Assembly: GCA_963810905.1 (NCBI GenBank)
Contig: CAWEPG010000002.1
Coordinates: 98,984-162,983, forward strand
Direction: 5' to 3'
DNA: 64,000 nt
DNA from: an uncultured Acidimicrobiia bacterium
Lineage (GTDB): Bacteria; Acidobacteriota; Terriglobia; Versatilivoradales; Versatilivoraceae
Position 1 is the stretch's first letter. Each line of letters begins with the position of its first letter. This document shows, piece after piece, positions 40,883 through 54,214 of the stretch. The notes under the pieces are model-generated. The model was given only the letters and a program-made list of their open reading frames with translations, did no database searches and had not been told where the DNA came from. Made by a program: the position numbers and the translations under genes.

Positions 40883-40982
40883 TCATCAGCGGTTCAGCTT
40901 CTTGAAGGAATGCGCTCTCCGCCAGATCGGAGATCGGTGAAGGGGTTCTTTACCCCTCGATCACATCAACCGAACTCGTATC

Positions 40983-42230
40983 TCAGTCTTTCATGTTTTC
41001 AATAATCGCCGATGCAAATTCACTCGTTTTCAGTTTGGTGGCACCCGTCATCAGACGTTCCAGGTCGTAGGTCACTTTTTTCTGCTGAATCGTCTCTGCA
41101 AATGCATTTTCAATGATTTCCCCTACTTCGGTCCAACCCAGATGATTAAACATCATAACCCCCGACAGGATCATCGAGCCTGGGTTGATGACATCTTGAT
41201 CCGCATACTTTGGAGCCGTGCCATGGGTTGCTTCAAAGACGCCGTATTCATCGCCAATGTTGGCCCCAGGAGCAATGCCAAGACCACCCACTTGCGCTGC
41301 ACATGCGTCCGAAAGATAATCGCCGTTAAGATTAGGAGTGGCCAAAACTTCATATTCGTCTGCCCTTGTTAAGACTTGCTGAAACATGGAATCTGCAATA
41401 CGATCATTAACAAGGATTTTCCCTGTAGGCTTGATTCCTCCTAATTCTTTGTTAACGGTCTCTTCCGAAATCGTCTGATCAGCAAATTCCTCATGAGCAA
41501 CTTGATATCCCCAATCCCGAAACGCTCCTTCGGTATACTTCATAATGTTTCCTTTATGTACCAGCGTAACGACTTTTCGACCATTCTCGATCGCGTGTTG
41601 GATGGCCCTTCGCACCAAATTTTTAGTGGCGGTAATGGAAATCGGTTTCACTCCGATTCCAGAGTCGGGAAGTATTTTCTTTCCCATTTCCTTCGCCAGA
41701 AAATCGATGACTTTCTTGGCTTCCTTGCTCCCCTGCTGCCATTCAATCCCTGCATAAACGTCTTCTGTGTTTTCCCGAAAAATCACTACATTCATTCGTT
41801 CGGGGTTTTTGACAGGCGATGGGACCCCAGCATAGTATTTAACAGGGCGGACACAGGCGTAAAGGTTCAGGACTTGCCGGAGGGTAACGTTGAGACTTCT
41901 AATCCCTCCGCCTATTGGAGTTGTTAATGGGCCTTTAATGGCCACCCGGAAAGCCTTGATCGCTGCCACTGTGTCGTCTGGTAACCATTCCCCGAACTTC
42001 TGATATGCTTTCTCCCCGGCAAAGACTTCGTACCAGCAAACAACTTTCTTGCTTCCGTAAGCCTTTTTGACAGCTGAATCAAATACTCGGGCGGAAGCTT
42101 TCCAGATATCACGACCGGTGCCATCTCCTTCAATATAAGGGATGATCGGATTATCTGGGACCACGAGCTTCCCATGAGCAAATGTAATCTTGGCACCTTT
42201 CTTAGGAATACTTATGCCATTATAGGCCAT
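40983..42230 (-). CDS. icd: NADP-dependent isocitrate dehydrogenase
   Basis: [55 protein letters not shown]. Confidence 0.97.
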   Translation of the reverse strand: MAYNGISIPKKGAKITFAHGKLVVPDNPIIPYIEGDGTGRDIWKASARVFDSAVKKAYGSKKVVCWYEVFAGEKAYQKFGEWLPDDTVAAIKAFRVAIKGPLTTPIGGGIRSLNVTLRQVLNLYACVRPVKYYAGVPSPVKNPERMNVVIFRENTEDVYAGIEWQQGSKEAKKVIDFLAKEMGKKILPDSGIGVKPISITATKNLVRRAIQHAIENGRKVVTLVHKGNIMKYTEGAFRDWGYQVAHEEFADQTISEETVNKELGGIKPTGKILVNDRIADSMFQQVLTRADEYEVLATPNLNGDYLSDACAAQVGGLGIAPGANIGDEYGVFEATHGTAPKYADQDVINPGSMILSGVMMFNHLGWTEVGEIIENAFAETIQQKKVTYDLERLMTGATKLKTSEFASAIIENMKD

Positions 42231-42597
42231 TGCAGAAACATTCCTTCCCGGTTGGAATAAACCGGATCTCGAATTAGTGAGGGTTCTGAAATTCTAGATA
42301 AAAAACTGGGTGGTGAATGAAGAAAAGAAGAGGGGTTGGGTTTTGGGTTCACGGAATTGAATTGAGCACCGACGGGAAGTATTCTTTTAACACTTTTATG
42401 AGTGACGTGTCAAGAACGATGGCCAGCACAAATTTCTATTCCAATTGGCCAGCTCTCCGGAAGACAAAGTTAAAAAGAATTGACATCTAATTGTCTCGTA
42501 GGCTAGCTTTGGCGCGGATTCATTGCATCCCCGATCCCTATTGAGGCCGACAGAATTGAATGCACTATGAGAAAACTAAGCTAGGAAAGACACACTT

Positions 42598-43572
42598 ATG
42601 GACGAGGCTGAACATTCAATCGATGGCTTTGTAGGAATAGACATCGGTGGGGTCACGATAAAGGCCGGACTAGTCGATTCAGATGGGAACGTCCGCTCTC
42701 AACGTCAGCAACTCATTGCTCACGAAAACTTGGAGACGCTGACACAGCAGATCCTTCATTTGACGGAGGAGCTTAGAGGCGACACCGATATTCATGTGAA
42801 GAGTGTGGGTATTGGCGTTCCCGCACTTGTTTCCAAAACTAGTAGGAAGATTGTCATTTCCCCCAGCCTGCACTATTTGGATGGCATTGAACTAAAGAAC
42901 AGAATGGAGCGCCTCTTACAGCTGCCGGTGTTGATTGAGAATGACGCCAATGTCGGCGCCTATGGAGAAATGATCCAAGGAGCTGCCACAAATATAAGGG
43001 ACTTCGTCTATATTTCCATTGGTAGTCGAGTCGGGGCGGGGATCATTTTCGACAGGAAGATCTATCATGGAGCCGGTGGATTTGCGGGAGAACTTGGACA
43101 TATGAGTGTCGATCCGGAAGGGAAAAGTTGCTTCTGTGGATCGAATGGATGTCTCGAAAGGTACGTTTCAGCAGCTTCAATTGCTCAACGGGTGGAGGAA
43201 CGCATTGTACTGAATCCTTCATCCGCTTTGCAGATCATTACAGATCGGCCCATCACCGCTCAAGATATTTTTGCCGCCGCCCAACTCGGCGACAAAATGG
43301 CTTGCGTCATTGTGGGGGAAGTCAGCCGTTATTTGGGGATAGCCATTGCCGGACTTATTAATCTGCTGAATCTGGAAGGGGTTGTGTTAGGAGGAGGTGT
43401 CCTTGGGAGCGGTAGCCTGCTGCTACAGCCTACTATTGAAGAGGTCAAGAGACACACGCTTCCACCCGCTTACGAGAATTGTGTTATTGTGGCGAGTGCT
43501 CTCGGCCCCTCAGCAGGGGTTATCGGCGCTGCCTTACTGGCTCGTGATTTCAATGGTAGCCAATTGGAATGA
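42598..43572 (+). CDS. ROK-family sugar kinase (glucokinase-like)
   Basis: GIDIGG, ENDANVGA, AGELGH, CFCGSNGCLE; no N-terminal HTH. Confidence 0.9.
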   Translation: MDEAEHSIDGFVGIDIGGVTIKAGLVDSDGNVRSQRQQLIAHENLETLTQQILHLTEELRGDTDIHVKSVGIGVPALVSKTSRKIVISPSLHYLDGIELKNRMERLLQLPVLIENDANVGAYGEMIQGAATNIRDFVYISIGSRVGAGIIFDRKIYHGAGGFAGELGHMSVDPEGKSCFCGSNGCLERYVSAASIAQRVEERIVLNPSSALQIITDRPITAQDIFAAAQLGDKMACVIVGEVSRYLGIAIAGLINLLNLEGVVLGGGVLGSGSLLLQPTIEEVKRHTLPPAYENCVIVASALGPSAGVIGAALLARDFNGSQLE

Positions 43573-43699
43573 GTGTCTCTTTAACTGCATTCTGATTTAG
43601 GATCGTTTTCCTTGCAGGAATACTTCCTCGCAGCCATACATCTCCCCCATTAATCGCGCTACTCAAATGATGACAACTCTAAAGGTATTCCCTTAAATC

Positions 43700-45496
43700 A
43701 TGGACCCGCAACATATTCGAAATTTTTCAATCATCGCCCACATTGATCATGGGAAATCCACCCTGGCTGACCGCCTTCTGGAATTCACCGGCGCGCTGTC
43801 CCAACGGGAGATGTCTGAGCAGGTATTAGACGACATGGATCTTGAAAGGGAGCGTGGAATTACAATCAAGGCCCACTCAGTCCGATTGCATTATCGGAAC
43901 GAAAAGGGAGAAGACTATCAGTTGAATCTGATTGACACCCCGGGTCATGTTGACTTCTCTTACGAGGTTTCCCGGAGCCTGGCTGCTTGTGAAGGGGCCC
44001 TTTTAGTGGTGGATGCCTCTCAGGGAGTCGAAGCCCAAACCCTGGCCAATACTTACCTCGCATTAGACAATAATCTGGAAATCGTTCCGGTCATTAACAA
44101 GATTGATCTTCCCAGCTCAGAACCAGATCGCATCAAGGAGCAAATTGAAAATATCATCGGATTGGATGCCAAAGACGCCATCCTGGTCAGCGCAAAGCAA
44201 GGAATCGGAACCCGAGAAGTTCTCGATGCTATCGTCGAAAGGATTCCTTATCCCAAAGGCTCTATCGAAGCCCCACTAAAAGCCCTCATCTTTGATTCCT
44301 GGTTTGACATTTACCGCGGCGTGATCGTGCTCGTGAGAGTGTTTGATGGCACTTTGAAAATCGGGATGAAGATACGTTTGGTGTCCAATGGGCAGGCCTA
44401 TGATGTGGAGCGCGTTGGCGTCATGAGCCCGAAGATGAAGGAAACCGATCAACTTTCCGTCGGAGAGGTCGGCTATGTGGTTGCCAACATCAAAAAGGTG
44501 TCAGACACAAAAATTGGGGACACGATCACCGAAGAGGCCAGACCAACAACCGTTCCATTCCCCGGATTCCAGGAAATCAAGCCCATGGTCTTTGCGGGCC
44601 TCTACCCCATCGAGCCAAACCAATACGAAGCATTGCGGGATGCATTAGAGAAACTGCGCCTCAATGACTCCTCCTTCTTCTATGAACCCGAGACCTCTTT
44701 GGCGTTGGGGTTTGGCTTTCGTTGTGGCTTTCTCGGTTTATTGCATATGGAAATTGTCCAGGAACGGCTGGAACGTGAATTTAGCCTGTCGCTAATCACT
44801 ACGGCCCCCGGAGTACGCTACCGCATTGTCCGAACGAGCGGTGACATCATTGAAATCGATAGCCCGACAAAGATGCCCTCCCCGTCGGAGATCGCAAAGA
44901 TTGAGGAACCGGTCATAACCGCAATGATCATTACAAATGATGAATATGTTGGTCCGATCCTGAAACTCGCCGAAGAAAAGCGGGGCATTCAAAAAGGGCT
45001 CGATTATGTGACTGCAAAGCGGGTGCTCATCACTTATGAATTGCCTCTCAATGAAATCGTGATGGACTTTTACGACCGTCTCAAATCTGTTTCCCGGGGT
45101 TATGCTTCGCTGGACTATCACTTTTCTGGTTACTGGACATCTCCTTTGGTTAAGCTCGATATCCTGGTTTCCGGAGAATCTGTGGATGCCCTCTCGATCA
45201 TCGTACATCGTGATTTTGCTTATGCACGAGGGCGGGCCTTGGTTGATAAGATGAAAGAACTCATTCCTCGGCAGATGTTTGAGGTTTCCATCCAGGCTGC
45301 CATTGGAAGCAAGATAATTGCCCGTGAAACCGTTCGTGCCATCAAGAAAAATGTTATCGCAAAATGTTACGGGGGGGATATTACACGTAAAAGGAAACTC
45401 CTGGAGAAACAAAAGGAAGGCAAGAAGAGAATGAAACGCGTAGGCCGGGTAGATATTCCCCAGGAGGCTTTCCTGGCAGTTTTGAAAGTAGATTGA
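43700..45496 (+). CDS. lepA: Elongation factor 4
   Basis: [45 protein letters not shown]. Confidence 0.98.
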   Translation: MDPQHIRNFSIIAHIDHGKSTLADRLLEFTGALSQREMSEQVLDDMDLERERGITIKAHSVRLHYRNEKGEDYQLNLIDTPGHVDFSYEVSRSLAACEGALLVVDASQGVEAQTLANTYLALDNNLEIVPVINKIDLPSSEPDRIKEQIENIIGLDAKDAILVSAKQGIGTREVLDAIVERIPYPKGSIEAPLKALIFDSWFDIYRGVIVLVRVFDGTLKIGMKIRLVSNGQAYDVERVGVMSPKMKETDQLSVGEVGYVVANIKKVSDTKIGDTITEEARPTTVPFPGFQEIKPMVFAGLYPIEPNQYEALRDALEKLRLNDSSFFYEPETSLALGFGFRCGFLGLLHMEIVQERLEREFSLSLITTAPGVRYRIVRTSGDIIEIDSPTKMPSPSEIAKIEEPVITAMIITNDEYVGPILKLAEEKRGIQKGLDYVTAKRVLITYELPLNEIVMDFYDRLKSVSRGYASLDYHFSGYWTSPLVKLDILVSGESVDALSIIVHRDFAYARGRALVDKMKELIPRQMFEVSIQAAIGSKIIARETVRAIKKNVIAKCYGGDITRKRKLLEKQKEGKKRMKRVGRVDIPQEAFLAVLKVD

Positions 45497-45536
45497 AGAC
45501 CCTCAATTTCCTTTGATCGACATCCTGCACTGGACT

Positions 45537-46871
45537 CTACACTCCGGGCATGGCTTTCTTCAAAGGCTTTAATACGGCCCAAAGCAAGATCGACATCGCC
45601 ATGGCGAACGTCGCAAGGACGGCAAAAAAAGTGGAGTGCTTCCAGACACTCCAATAGACCCCGATAGCCGTGAGTTTACCACCTAAGGCGGTCGCGACAA
45701 ACCACCCTCCCATCATGACCCCGCGCATCCTGACAGGTGCCACTTTTGAAACCAGCGAGAGGCCCATTGGTGACAACATGAGCTCTCCCAACGAGACTAA
45801 GGCGTAAGCACTGATGAGCCATAGTGGAGAAACTCGCCCTTCATTCCCGCCAGATAGGCTGGCTATGGCCATCAGGTAAAAGGAACAGGCGATGAGTGCC
45901 ATTCCGAATGCCATTTTAGCAGGTGTCGAGGGCTGCAATCCTTTCCGGTCAAGCCAGCCCCAGAAAGCAATCAGCGGGAATGTTAATGTGATGATCCAGA
46001 AGGGATTAATTGCCGCTGAAAGAACACCGGAGACTTCGCCAATGGCTGACCAGTCGGTGTGATCATTGGCAAAATAGATAAGTGTTAAAGTGTTTTGATA
46101 AAAAAGCATCCAAAACACAATTACAATCGCAAAGATCACCAAGAGGGCGGTGATGCGCCAAGAGTCAGGAACGCAATTAGTTTTGTCCGCTCTATCGGAA
46201 GGCTTGAGCGAGTCTTCAGTGCGACAAGCTTCCCTCACAATCCTTTCTTTGACGTCAATCCATTTGCTGAAGCTCCAAAAGATCAGCAAACAGATAATCA
46301 TCCCGAAGCCGGCAATAGTAAAGGCAGATCTAAACCCCTGACGCTGGTGAACCCATTCAGCCACTAGAGGCGCGAGAAATGCGCCTGTATTGATACCCAT
46401 GTAGAAAATATTGTAGGCCGAATCCTTGAGGGGACTGCCTTCCTTATAGAGGTTGCCAACCAAGGTGGACACACATGGTTTAAAGAATCCGTTTCCTATG
46501 ATAATAAGACTCAATGCAAGGTAAAGAGAAGAGACAGAAGGCAGATAAAGAAGAAAGTAACCCGTACCCAGAAAAATTCCGCCTATTGTGACTGCCATCC
46601 TATAACCAATGATTTTATCGGCTATCCAGCCGCCAACGAGCGGGCTAGCATAGACAAACATCAGAAAATTTGACACCAGCATCGCCACACGCACTTCTGA
46701 CCATCCCATTCCGCGAACCGTATCCCGAAGATAAAGTGCCAGCATGGCACTGAGCGTATAAAATCCAAAGCGCTCCCACATTTCAGTCGCAAACAAGACA
46801 TAAAGTCCTTTGGGATGCTTCCCTTCTCTAGTTGCTCGATGAATCTCATCTGGAGGACTTGCAGGAATCAT
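45537..46871 (-). CDS. Proton-dependent oligopeptide transporter (POT/PTR, MFS)
   Basis: EMWERFGFY (ExxERFxYY), GNGFFKP, FYMGINTG, GELMLSP. Confidence 0.93.
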   Translation of the reverse strand: MIPASPPDEIHRATREGKHPKGLYVLFATEMWERFGFYTLSAMLALYLRDTVRGMGWSEVRVAMLVSNFLMFVYASPLVGGWIADKIIGYRMAVTIGGIFLGTGYFLLYLPSVSSLYLALSLIIIGNGFFKPCVSTLVGNLYKEGSPLKDSAYNIFYMGINTGAFLAPLVAEWVHQRQGFRSAFTIAGFGMIICLLIFWSFSKWIDVKERIVREACRTEDSLKPSDRADKTNCVPDSWRITALLVIFAIVIVFWMLFYQNTLTLIYFANDHTDWSAIGEVSGVLSAAINPFWIITLTFPLIAFWGWLDRKGLQPSTPAKMAFGMALIACSFYLMAIASLSGGNEGRVSPLWLISAYALVSLGELMLSPMGLSLVSKVAPVRMRGVMMGGWFVATALGGKLTAIGVYWSVWKHSTFFAVLATFAMAMSILLWAVLKPLKKAMPGV

Positions 46872-47050
46872 GGTGGGCTAAGAATAGAGGAGAGGGGGTA
46901 AATTTGCAATAAACCAGGTTCTAGTGGTGGAACGGTTGTGCCTAACAAATGACTCCAAGCCTGTTTCCGCTCTTCACAGTGGGACAGCTTGATGCTACTC
47001 TTGGGGCTTCTTTGAGTGAAAACTGTCCCTGGAACTTGGAGCATTGCCTT

Positions 47051-47743
47051 GTGACAAGAAGTACCCGTGGATTGATCATTGCCATTGATGGACCTTCCGG
47101 AGCTGGTAAAAGCACTGTGGCCAAGAGAGTTGCGAAGCAATTGGGCTATCTTTACATTGATACAGGGGCTATGTATCGCGCGGTGGGTCTCAAGGCTTTA
47201 AGGTTCAATGTGGCGCTCGATGATCCTCAACAGATCATTGCCCTCGCTCAGGCTGCGAGAATCGAGCTGAAAGGCTCTGTCGACAATTACCAGGTCTTTC
47301 TGGACGGCGAAGAAATTACTCGGGACATACGCGATGAAGCCGTGAGTCAGGCGGCATCCAAAGTATCCGCTATCTCAGAAGTCCGAAAGATTCTGGTTGA
47401 AGCTCAACAAAAAATGGGCGCAGGTGGGGCTGTAGTTATGGAAGGGAGAGACATAGGTACGAAAGTGTTCCCGAGTGCGGATCTCAAGATATTTCTCGAC
47501 GCCTCTGAGAACACACGCGCCGAAAGACGTTTTCTTGAAAACCGACAACGCGGAGTTCACTTGAGCTTGGTAGAGACTCTAGCTGATATTAAGGAACGTG
47601 ACGAAAGAGATAGCCAACGAGCCGATTCGCCCCTCGTAAGGACCAATGATGCCTTTAATTTGGACAGTTCCGATAAGTCAATTGAAGAAGTCGTCCAGGT
47701 AATCCTTCGATGGGTAGGAGAAATCACAGAGAGGAACCGCTAG
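47051..47743 (+). CDS. cmk: Cytidylate kinase
   Basis: IAIDGPSGAGKST, DTGAMYR, EGRDIGT, ERDERDSQR; probable GTG start at 47051. Confidence 0.96.
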   Translation: MTRSTRGLIIAIDGPSGAGKSTVAKRVAKQLGYLYIDTGAMYRAVGLKALRFNVALDDPQQIIALAQAARIELKGSVDNYQVFLDGEEITRDIRDEAVSQAASKVSAISEVRKILVEAQQKMGAGGAVVMEGRDIGTKVFPSADLKIFLDASENTRAERRFLENRQRGVHLSLVETLADIKERDERDSQRADSPLVRTNDAFNLDSSDKSIEEVVQVILRWVGEITERNR

Positions 47744-47840
47744 GGTGAGGGTGCTCAAGTTCTTGAAATCTTTGAAAAAGCGACTTCACTTTCGAAATAC
47801 GTTCTGCATCGGACAAACCGCAGTCTCAAATTCCCAATTC

Positions 47841-49094
47841 TTATCCCCCATTGCTCATCGAACCCAAGAATTCAGCATTCGTCTTTTTCTTGGATAGCCT
47901 GTCAATCAATAGTTCCATCGTTTCAACCGGGGAGAGCTGATTCAGTACTTTTCTCAGGATCCATACCCGATTGAGCTCATCCTTGGAGAGCAACAATTCT
48001 TCTTTCCGTGTGCCAGAGCGGTTGATATCAATCGCCGGAAAGACCCGCTTATCCGCCAGTTTGCGCTCTAAGTGAACCTCCATATTTCCTGTGCCTTTGA
48101 ACTCTTCAAAGATGACGTCGTCCATGCGGCTTCCAGTGTCAATGAGCGCAGTGGCAATAATGGTTAAGCTGCCGCCCTCTTCAACATTCCTTGCTGCCCC
48201 GAAGAACCGCTTCGGCCGCTGCAAGGCGTTCGAGTCCACACCGCCGGACAAAACCTTTCCAGAAGGCGGCACAATTGTGTTGTAGGCTCGAGCCAGACGA
48301 GTGATGGAGTCTAGTAGGATCACAACGTCTCTCTTGTGTTCCACTAACCTTTTTGCCTTTTCAATCACCATTTCTGCCACCTGGACATGACGAGTAGCTG
48401 GTTCATCGAAAGTTGAGCTAATCACCTCACCATTCACCGACCGCTGCATGTCGGTGACTTCTTCAGGGCGCTCATCGATCAGAAGAACTATAAGAATCAC
48501 TTCAGGGTGATTCTGGGTGACGGAATTTGCAATCGTCTGTAACAGCATGGTTTTCCCGGTCCGTGGCGGAGAGACGATCAATCCACGTTGTCCTTTGCCA
48601 ATGGGTGTCAGCAAATCCAATACACGAGCCGAAAGGTTATCCGGCGACGCCTCCAACCGAAGTCGCTGATTGGGGTAGAGGGGAGTGAGATTGTCGAAAA
48701 AGATCTTGTTTTTAGCAATATCGGGGTGTTCAAAGTTGATGGCCTCAACTTTAATCAAAGCAAAATATCGCTCTCCGTCCTTAGGGGGGCGAATCTGACC
48801 GGAGACGGTGTCTCCCGTATGCAAGTCAAATTTCCGGATCTGCGACGGAGAGACATAAATGTCATCGGGCCCTGGAAGATAGTTGTAGTCGGGAGCCCGC
48901 AGGAATCCAAAGCCGTCTGGCAGGGTTTCCAAAACCCCTTCGGAAAAGATAAGCCCACTCTTTTCAGTTTGGGCTTGCAGGATCTTAAAGATCAATTCCT
49001 GCTTACGCATTCCAGTTGCGCCAACTACGTTCAGATCTTTCGCGATCTGAGTCAAGGTAGCGATGTTCATTTCCTTTAGTTCAGCAATATCCAT
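47841..49094 (-). CDS. rho: Transcription termination factor Rho
   Basis: [43 protein letters not shown]. Confidence 0.98.
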   Translation of the reverse strand: MDIAELKEMNIATLTQIAKDLNVVGATGMRKQELIFKILQAQTEKSGLIFSEGVLETLPDGFGFLRAPDYNYLPGPDDIYVSPSQIRKFDLHTGDTVSGQIRPPKDGERYFALIKVEAINFEHPDIAKNKIFFDNLTPLYPNQRLRLEASPDNLSARVLDLLTPIGKGQRGLIVSPPRTGKTMLLQTIANSVTQNHPEVILIVLLIDERPEEVTDMQRSVNGEVISSTFDEPATRHVQVAEMVIEKAKRLVEHKRDVVILLDSITRLARAYNTIVPPSGKVLSGGVDSNALQRPKRFFGAARNVEEGGSLTIIATALIDTGSRMDDVIFEEFKGTGNMEVHLERKLADKRVFPAIDINRSGTRKEELLLSKDELNRVWILRKVLNQLSPVETMELLIDRLSKKKTNAEFLGSMSNGG

Positions 49095-49220
49095 AGATGC
49101 TCCTTAATTAAGTCTCTAGTCCCAGTCCAGTTTTAGAGACGGGGGAAAGTACAATGTGTAGAAATAGATGCTCTGTTGTTGTCAACGGATTTGGTAAGAG
49201 AAGTTCATCGGCAGAGTTTG

Positions 49221-49814
49221 TTAAGAATGAATTGGCTTTCTATAGATTAGTGGACAAAGTAACTGCCACACTTGGTCTCTTCCCTCGCCACTTTCAGCGG
49301 AGAAGGCAATGAGCGGGGTATTTGGAGAGAAGCTCTTGGTGTGTTTCAGTGACTTTTGCAATTCGGCTTTGGACAACTTATCGGATTTTGTAGAAACAAT
49401 TATAAAAGGAAGGAGATTCTGCTGAAAGCTTCTTAACCGCTCCAGATCTAAATCAGTTGGACCGAAGCGGGAATCGATAGTTAATACGCAACTAACGAGC
49501 TGATCCCTACCTCCAAGATAATGTTGAATAAGTTCCGCCCACTGTTGCTTGCACTCACGAGGGGCTTTGGCAAAACCATATCCCGGTAAGTCAACAAAAC
49601 AGAATTCCCGGTTGATTCTGTAGAAATTGATTTGCTGAGTTCGACCGGGTGTTGAACTGGTAAAAGCCAGTTTCTTCTTTTTTATAAGGCTGTTGATCAA
49701 ACTGGATTTTCCAACGTTTGATCTTCCAACAAACGCTACTTCCGGAAGTTTCTCTTTTGGGAAATGACAGGGTTCAGCAGCCGTGCAAATCAGTTCTGCA
49801 GATACTATCGTCAA
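49221..49814 (-). CDS. yihA: Ribosome biogenesis GTPase YihA/EngB/YsxC
   Basis: [20 protein letters not shown]; overlaps the lon stop. Confidence 0.95.
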   Translation of the reverse strand: MTIVSAELICTAAEPCHFPKEKLPEVAFVGRSNVGKSSLINSLIKKKKLAFTSSTPGRTQQINFYRINREFCFVDLPGYGFAKAPRECKQQWAELIQHYLGGRDQLVSCVLTIDSRFGPTDLDLERLRSFQQNLLPFIIVSTKSDKLSKAELQKSLKHTKSFSPNTPLIAFSAESGEGRDQVWQLLCPLIYRKPIHS

Positions 49815-52226
49815 TGGGTGATAGATTCCTGAGAAAAATCTTTCTCTATGGGCTTCTCGAATTCAGAAATCTTCTCTTCTTTATTTCCAGTGACCTGGAG
49901 CGGGTATTCAAGAGCCACCCGGAGTACATCGTCCATCGTTTCAACCAGATTGATCGAGAATTGGTCCTGGATATTTTTCGGGATTTCCGAAAGGTCTTTT
50001 TCGTTTTCTTTCGGCAAAATGATCGTCTTAAAGCCGAAGCGGTGTGCCGCCAGAAGTTTCTCTTTTACTCCGCCAATGGGAAGGACCTTACCGCGCAACG
50101 TAATCTCTCCGGTCATCGCAACGTCTCTACGTACCGGTATCTTCGTCAACGCCGAGACAAGCGAGGTCGCCATTGTGATCCCCGCCGACGGTCCATCCTT
50201 AGGAATAGCACCTTCCGGGACATGAATGTGGACATCGTACTCGCGATAAAAGTCTCGAGGAATTCCCAGTAGAAGGGCTCTGGAGCGGACATAACTCATT
50301 GCCGCTTGAGCGGATTCCTGCATTACATCACCCAGCTTGCCGGTTAACATCAGCTTCCCTTTGCCATCCATTAGTGAAGCCTCTGTGGTCAGCACTTCCC
50401 CTCCGAACTCCGTCCAGGCTAATCCTGAAGCAAACCCGATTTCATTGCCTTCCTCAAATTTTCCTTTTCGATATTTCGGAACCCCTAAATACTCTGTGAC
50501 TGCATCGGGTATCACGGTGGCGGACAACTCTTTACTTTTCTTGACGACATTCCGAGCTACTTTGCGGCAGATCGAGGCGATCTCTCGTTCCAGGTTCCGA
50601 ACGCCGGCTTCACGTGTATAGCCCTGGATAATCTGCAAGATCGCGTCGTCCTGGAAGCGGACATTCTTGTCGGTCAGACCGTTATTGGCGATCTGCTTCT
50701 TAACCAGGTAACGTTTGGCAATTTCGAGCTTTTCAGCCTCGGTATACCCGGAGATCCGGATCGTCTCCATGCGATCCTGAAGTGGCTGCGGAATCGTATG
50801 AATGACATTGGCGGTTGCAATGAACATGACTTGCGAGAGATCATACTCAACGTCCAGGTAATGATCAACAAACGTGTGATTCTGTTCAGGATCAAGCACT
50901 TCCAAAAGTGCTGCCGACGGGTCCCCGCGAAAGTCCATACTCATCTTGTCAACTTCATCGAGCAGAAAAACCGGATTCTTCGTTCCCGCCTTCTTCATCA
51001 TTTGAATAATTTGACCCGGCAACGCACCAATATAAGTTCGCCGATGTCCGCGAATTTCAGCTTCGTCTCTAACCCCTCCCAGTGAAAGTCGCACAAACTT
51101 ACGTCCTGTCGCTCGTGCAATGGAAGTTGCCAGTGACGTCTTTCCTACACCAGGAGGCCCGACAAAACATAAGATCGACCCTTTGGGGTTCTTAACAAGT
51201 TGCCGGACAGCCAAAAACTCCAAAATACGCTCTTTAATCTTCTCAAGACCATAATGGTCTGCTTCGAGAATCTTTTCCGCACGCTCTAGCTTATGAATTT
51301 CTTTCGAGCGCCTTTTCCAGGGAACCGCCAGCAACCAATCAATGTAGTTGCGGGATACGGTTGTTTCTGCAGACATCGGAGGCATCATCTCGAGCCGCTT
51401 GAGTTCCTGAAGGGCCTTCTCCATGGTCTCTTTCGGCATTCCAGAAACTTCGATCTTCTTCTTTAAGTCGTCTGTCTCCGATTTTTCATTGCGGCCCAAT
51501 TCTTTTTGAATCGCTTTCATCTTCTCGTTGAGATAGTACTCTTTCTGGGCCTTCTCCATTTGCCGTTTCACCCGTGAATTGATGGAACGGTCCATATTAA
51601 GTTTCTCAATCTCAATATCGAGGATGTCGCAGAGACGGCTCAGCTCGCTCGACGGGGTTGAAGATTTCCAGCAATTCCTGTTTTTCTTCAACGCTCACTG
51701 CAAGATTAGATGCAATCGTATCCGACAGCTTTCCAACATCTTCCAAACGCACGGCAGAAATAATCGTGTCGTAGTTCAGATTCTGACTCAATTTCACATA
51801 CTGTTCGAAGAGAGAAGTAACTTTGTTGACCAAGGCTTCTCCGGCAACAGCAGTCGAATTCACCACAATATTTCGCAAAACCGCTTTCAAATAATGATCT
51901 TCATCATAGATTTGGAATGCTTTTGCCCTCTCAACCCCTTCAACAAGAACTTTTATGTTCCCGTCGGGCAAGCGGAGACTTTGGATAATATTGGCAATCG
52001 TACCCACGGAATAGATCTCTGAAGGCTTGGGATCATCGACGGAAGCATCGTGCTGAGTAGCCAGAAAAATGCGTTTGTCGCCGCTGAATGCCACCTCCAG
52101 CGCCTTGACTGAGGCAGGTCGCCCAATCACGAAAGGAATCATCATGTAAGGGAATAACACAACATCCCGAATAGGCACCATCGGAAGGGTGAGGGGATCC
52201 GTTTTATCTTTTATCCGGTTGAACAT
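49811..52226 (-). CDS. lon: Lon protease; +1 frameshift near 51644 (likely assembly error)
   Basis: N-domain ORF and ATPase/protease ORF ([16 protein letters not shown]) join as [12 protein letters not shown] after deleting one G. Confidence 0.95.
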
Positions 52227-52248
52227 GCAAGGGCCCTGTGCACCCTAA

Positions 52249-53485
52249 TTAGCCTGCCTTCTCAAGCAGAGATAAATCAATACCATTGGAAAGGACCATC
52301 TCTTTGGTGACGACGAATTCTTTGATTTTCCTTTGAGCAGGAAGCAAGTACATTAAGTCCAGCATCAGCTCTTCGATAATGACTCGAAGGCCGCGAGCTC
52401 CTACTTTTCGTTGTTGGGCCAATTCTGCAATCGCTTCCAGGGCGGGCTCATCAAAACGCAATTTCACGCCTTCGTACTCAAAAAGCTTCTGATACTGCTT
52501 CACAATGGCGTTCTTGGGCTTCGTGAGAATCTCGACAAGTGCAGCCTTATCCAAGTCGGCAAGAGTGCCAACGACAGGCAAACGGCCCACAAACTCAGGG
52601 ATGAGTCCATATTTAATCAAGTCCATGGGCTCGACTCGTTCCAAAAGAGCCAGGCTTCGTCGCTCCCGCAGATTCTTTACTTCGCCACGGAAACCCAAGG
52701 TTTTCTTCCCCAAACGCCTCTCAACGATTTTTTCCAACCCAACAAACGCTCCGCCGCAGATAAAAAGAATATTCGTCGTATCGATCTGCGTGAATTCCTG
52801 GTGAGGATGTTTCCGTCCTCCCTGCGGGGGCACATTAGCGATAGTCCCTTCTAAGATTTTCAAGCAGGGCCTGCTGTACTCCCTCTCCAGAAACATCTCG
52901 AGTGATCGACGGATTTTCATCTTTCCGGCAGATCTTATCAACTTCATCGATATAAATAATTCCGTTCTGACAACGCTCGATATCACCGTTGGCACTTTGC
53001 AGTAACTTGAGGATGATATTCTCAACATCCTCGCCGACATATCCGGCTTCCGTCAAGGTTGTCGCATCGACAATGGCAAAAGGAACACTCAGCCGCTTAG
53101 CCAGCGTCTGCGCCAGAAGAGTCTTTCCCGTTCCAGTAGGGCCAATAAGCAAAATGTTGCTCTTGTTCAGTTCAACATCGCTGCGGCGTTTGGATAGCTC
53201 AATCCGCTTATAGTGGTTATAAACAGCAACCGCCAGCTTCTTCTTGGTCTTTTCCTGGCCAATCACGTACTCATCCAAGTAGGCTTTTACTTCATGGGGC
53301 TTGGGAAGGGGATGGCTCTTAAGGTCGGATTCAACGACTTGCTCATCGTCGATGATATCATTGCAGACCCGGACGCATTCATCACAGATAAAGACCGTCG
53401 GCCCCGCGATCAGCTTGCGGACTTCAGTTTGACTCTTATTACAAAAAGAGCAGCGTAGAGTCTCGTCACTGTTATTTCTTTTCAA
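52249..53485 (-). CDS. clpX: ClpX ATPase; +1 frameshift near 52862 (likely assembly error)
   Basis: CSFCNKSQ Zn finger, [23 protein letters not shown] restored by deleting one base. Confidence 0.95.
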
Positions 53486-53587
53486 TCCAATGGCCTCCCA
53501 GAGATGGACGTTGAATCATCTCTATCAGCATATACGTTTTTTCGGCATTGTCTAGGTCGATCAGGAGCGAAATCTGCTGGAATTTGA

Positions 53588-54173
53588 CTATTCGTGGTGA
53601 ACGATGACCTGATCAACGATGCCGTACATCCTTGGCTTCTTCGGCCGTCATGATGTAATCCCGTTCGACATCCCGTTCGATTTTTTCCATTAATTGTCCG
53701 GTATGCTTCAATAGAATGTCATTGCAGATGGACCGAAGTCTCAGAATCTCTTTCGCGTGGATATCGATATCCGTTGCCTGCCCCGAAAGATTCCCCATCG
53801 ATGGCTGGTGGATTAAGATCCGGGAATTAGGTAGGGCAAAACGCTTCCCTTTGGTCCCGGCAGCAAGTAACAACGCTCCCATACTGGCTGCCTGGCCAAT
53901 GCAAATCGTAGTCACGTCAGGTCGAATGAACTGAATCGTGTCATAAATAGCAAGTCCAGCTGTAATCGAGCCTCCGGGGCTGTTGATGTACAGTGAGATA
54001 TCTTTTTCAGGGTCCTCCGCTTCAAGAAAAAGCAACTGTGCCGTCACCAGATTAGCCACATTGTCGTCCACCGGCGTGCCTAAGAAGATGATGCTGTCCT
54101 TGAGGAGCCGAGAGTAGATGTCATAGGCACGTTCGCCCCGGCTGGTCTGTTCGACTACCATTGGTACTAACAT
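53588..54173 (-). CDS. clpP: ClpP protease; +1 frameshift near 53628 close to the 3' end
   Basis: [24 protein letters not shown]; [13 protein letters not shown] restored by deleting one base. Confidence 0.95.
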
Positions 54174-54214
54174 GCGATGAATTCCTTCAAAAGGTGACGA
54201 GTGAGCAACGGATT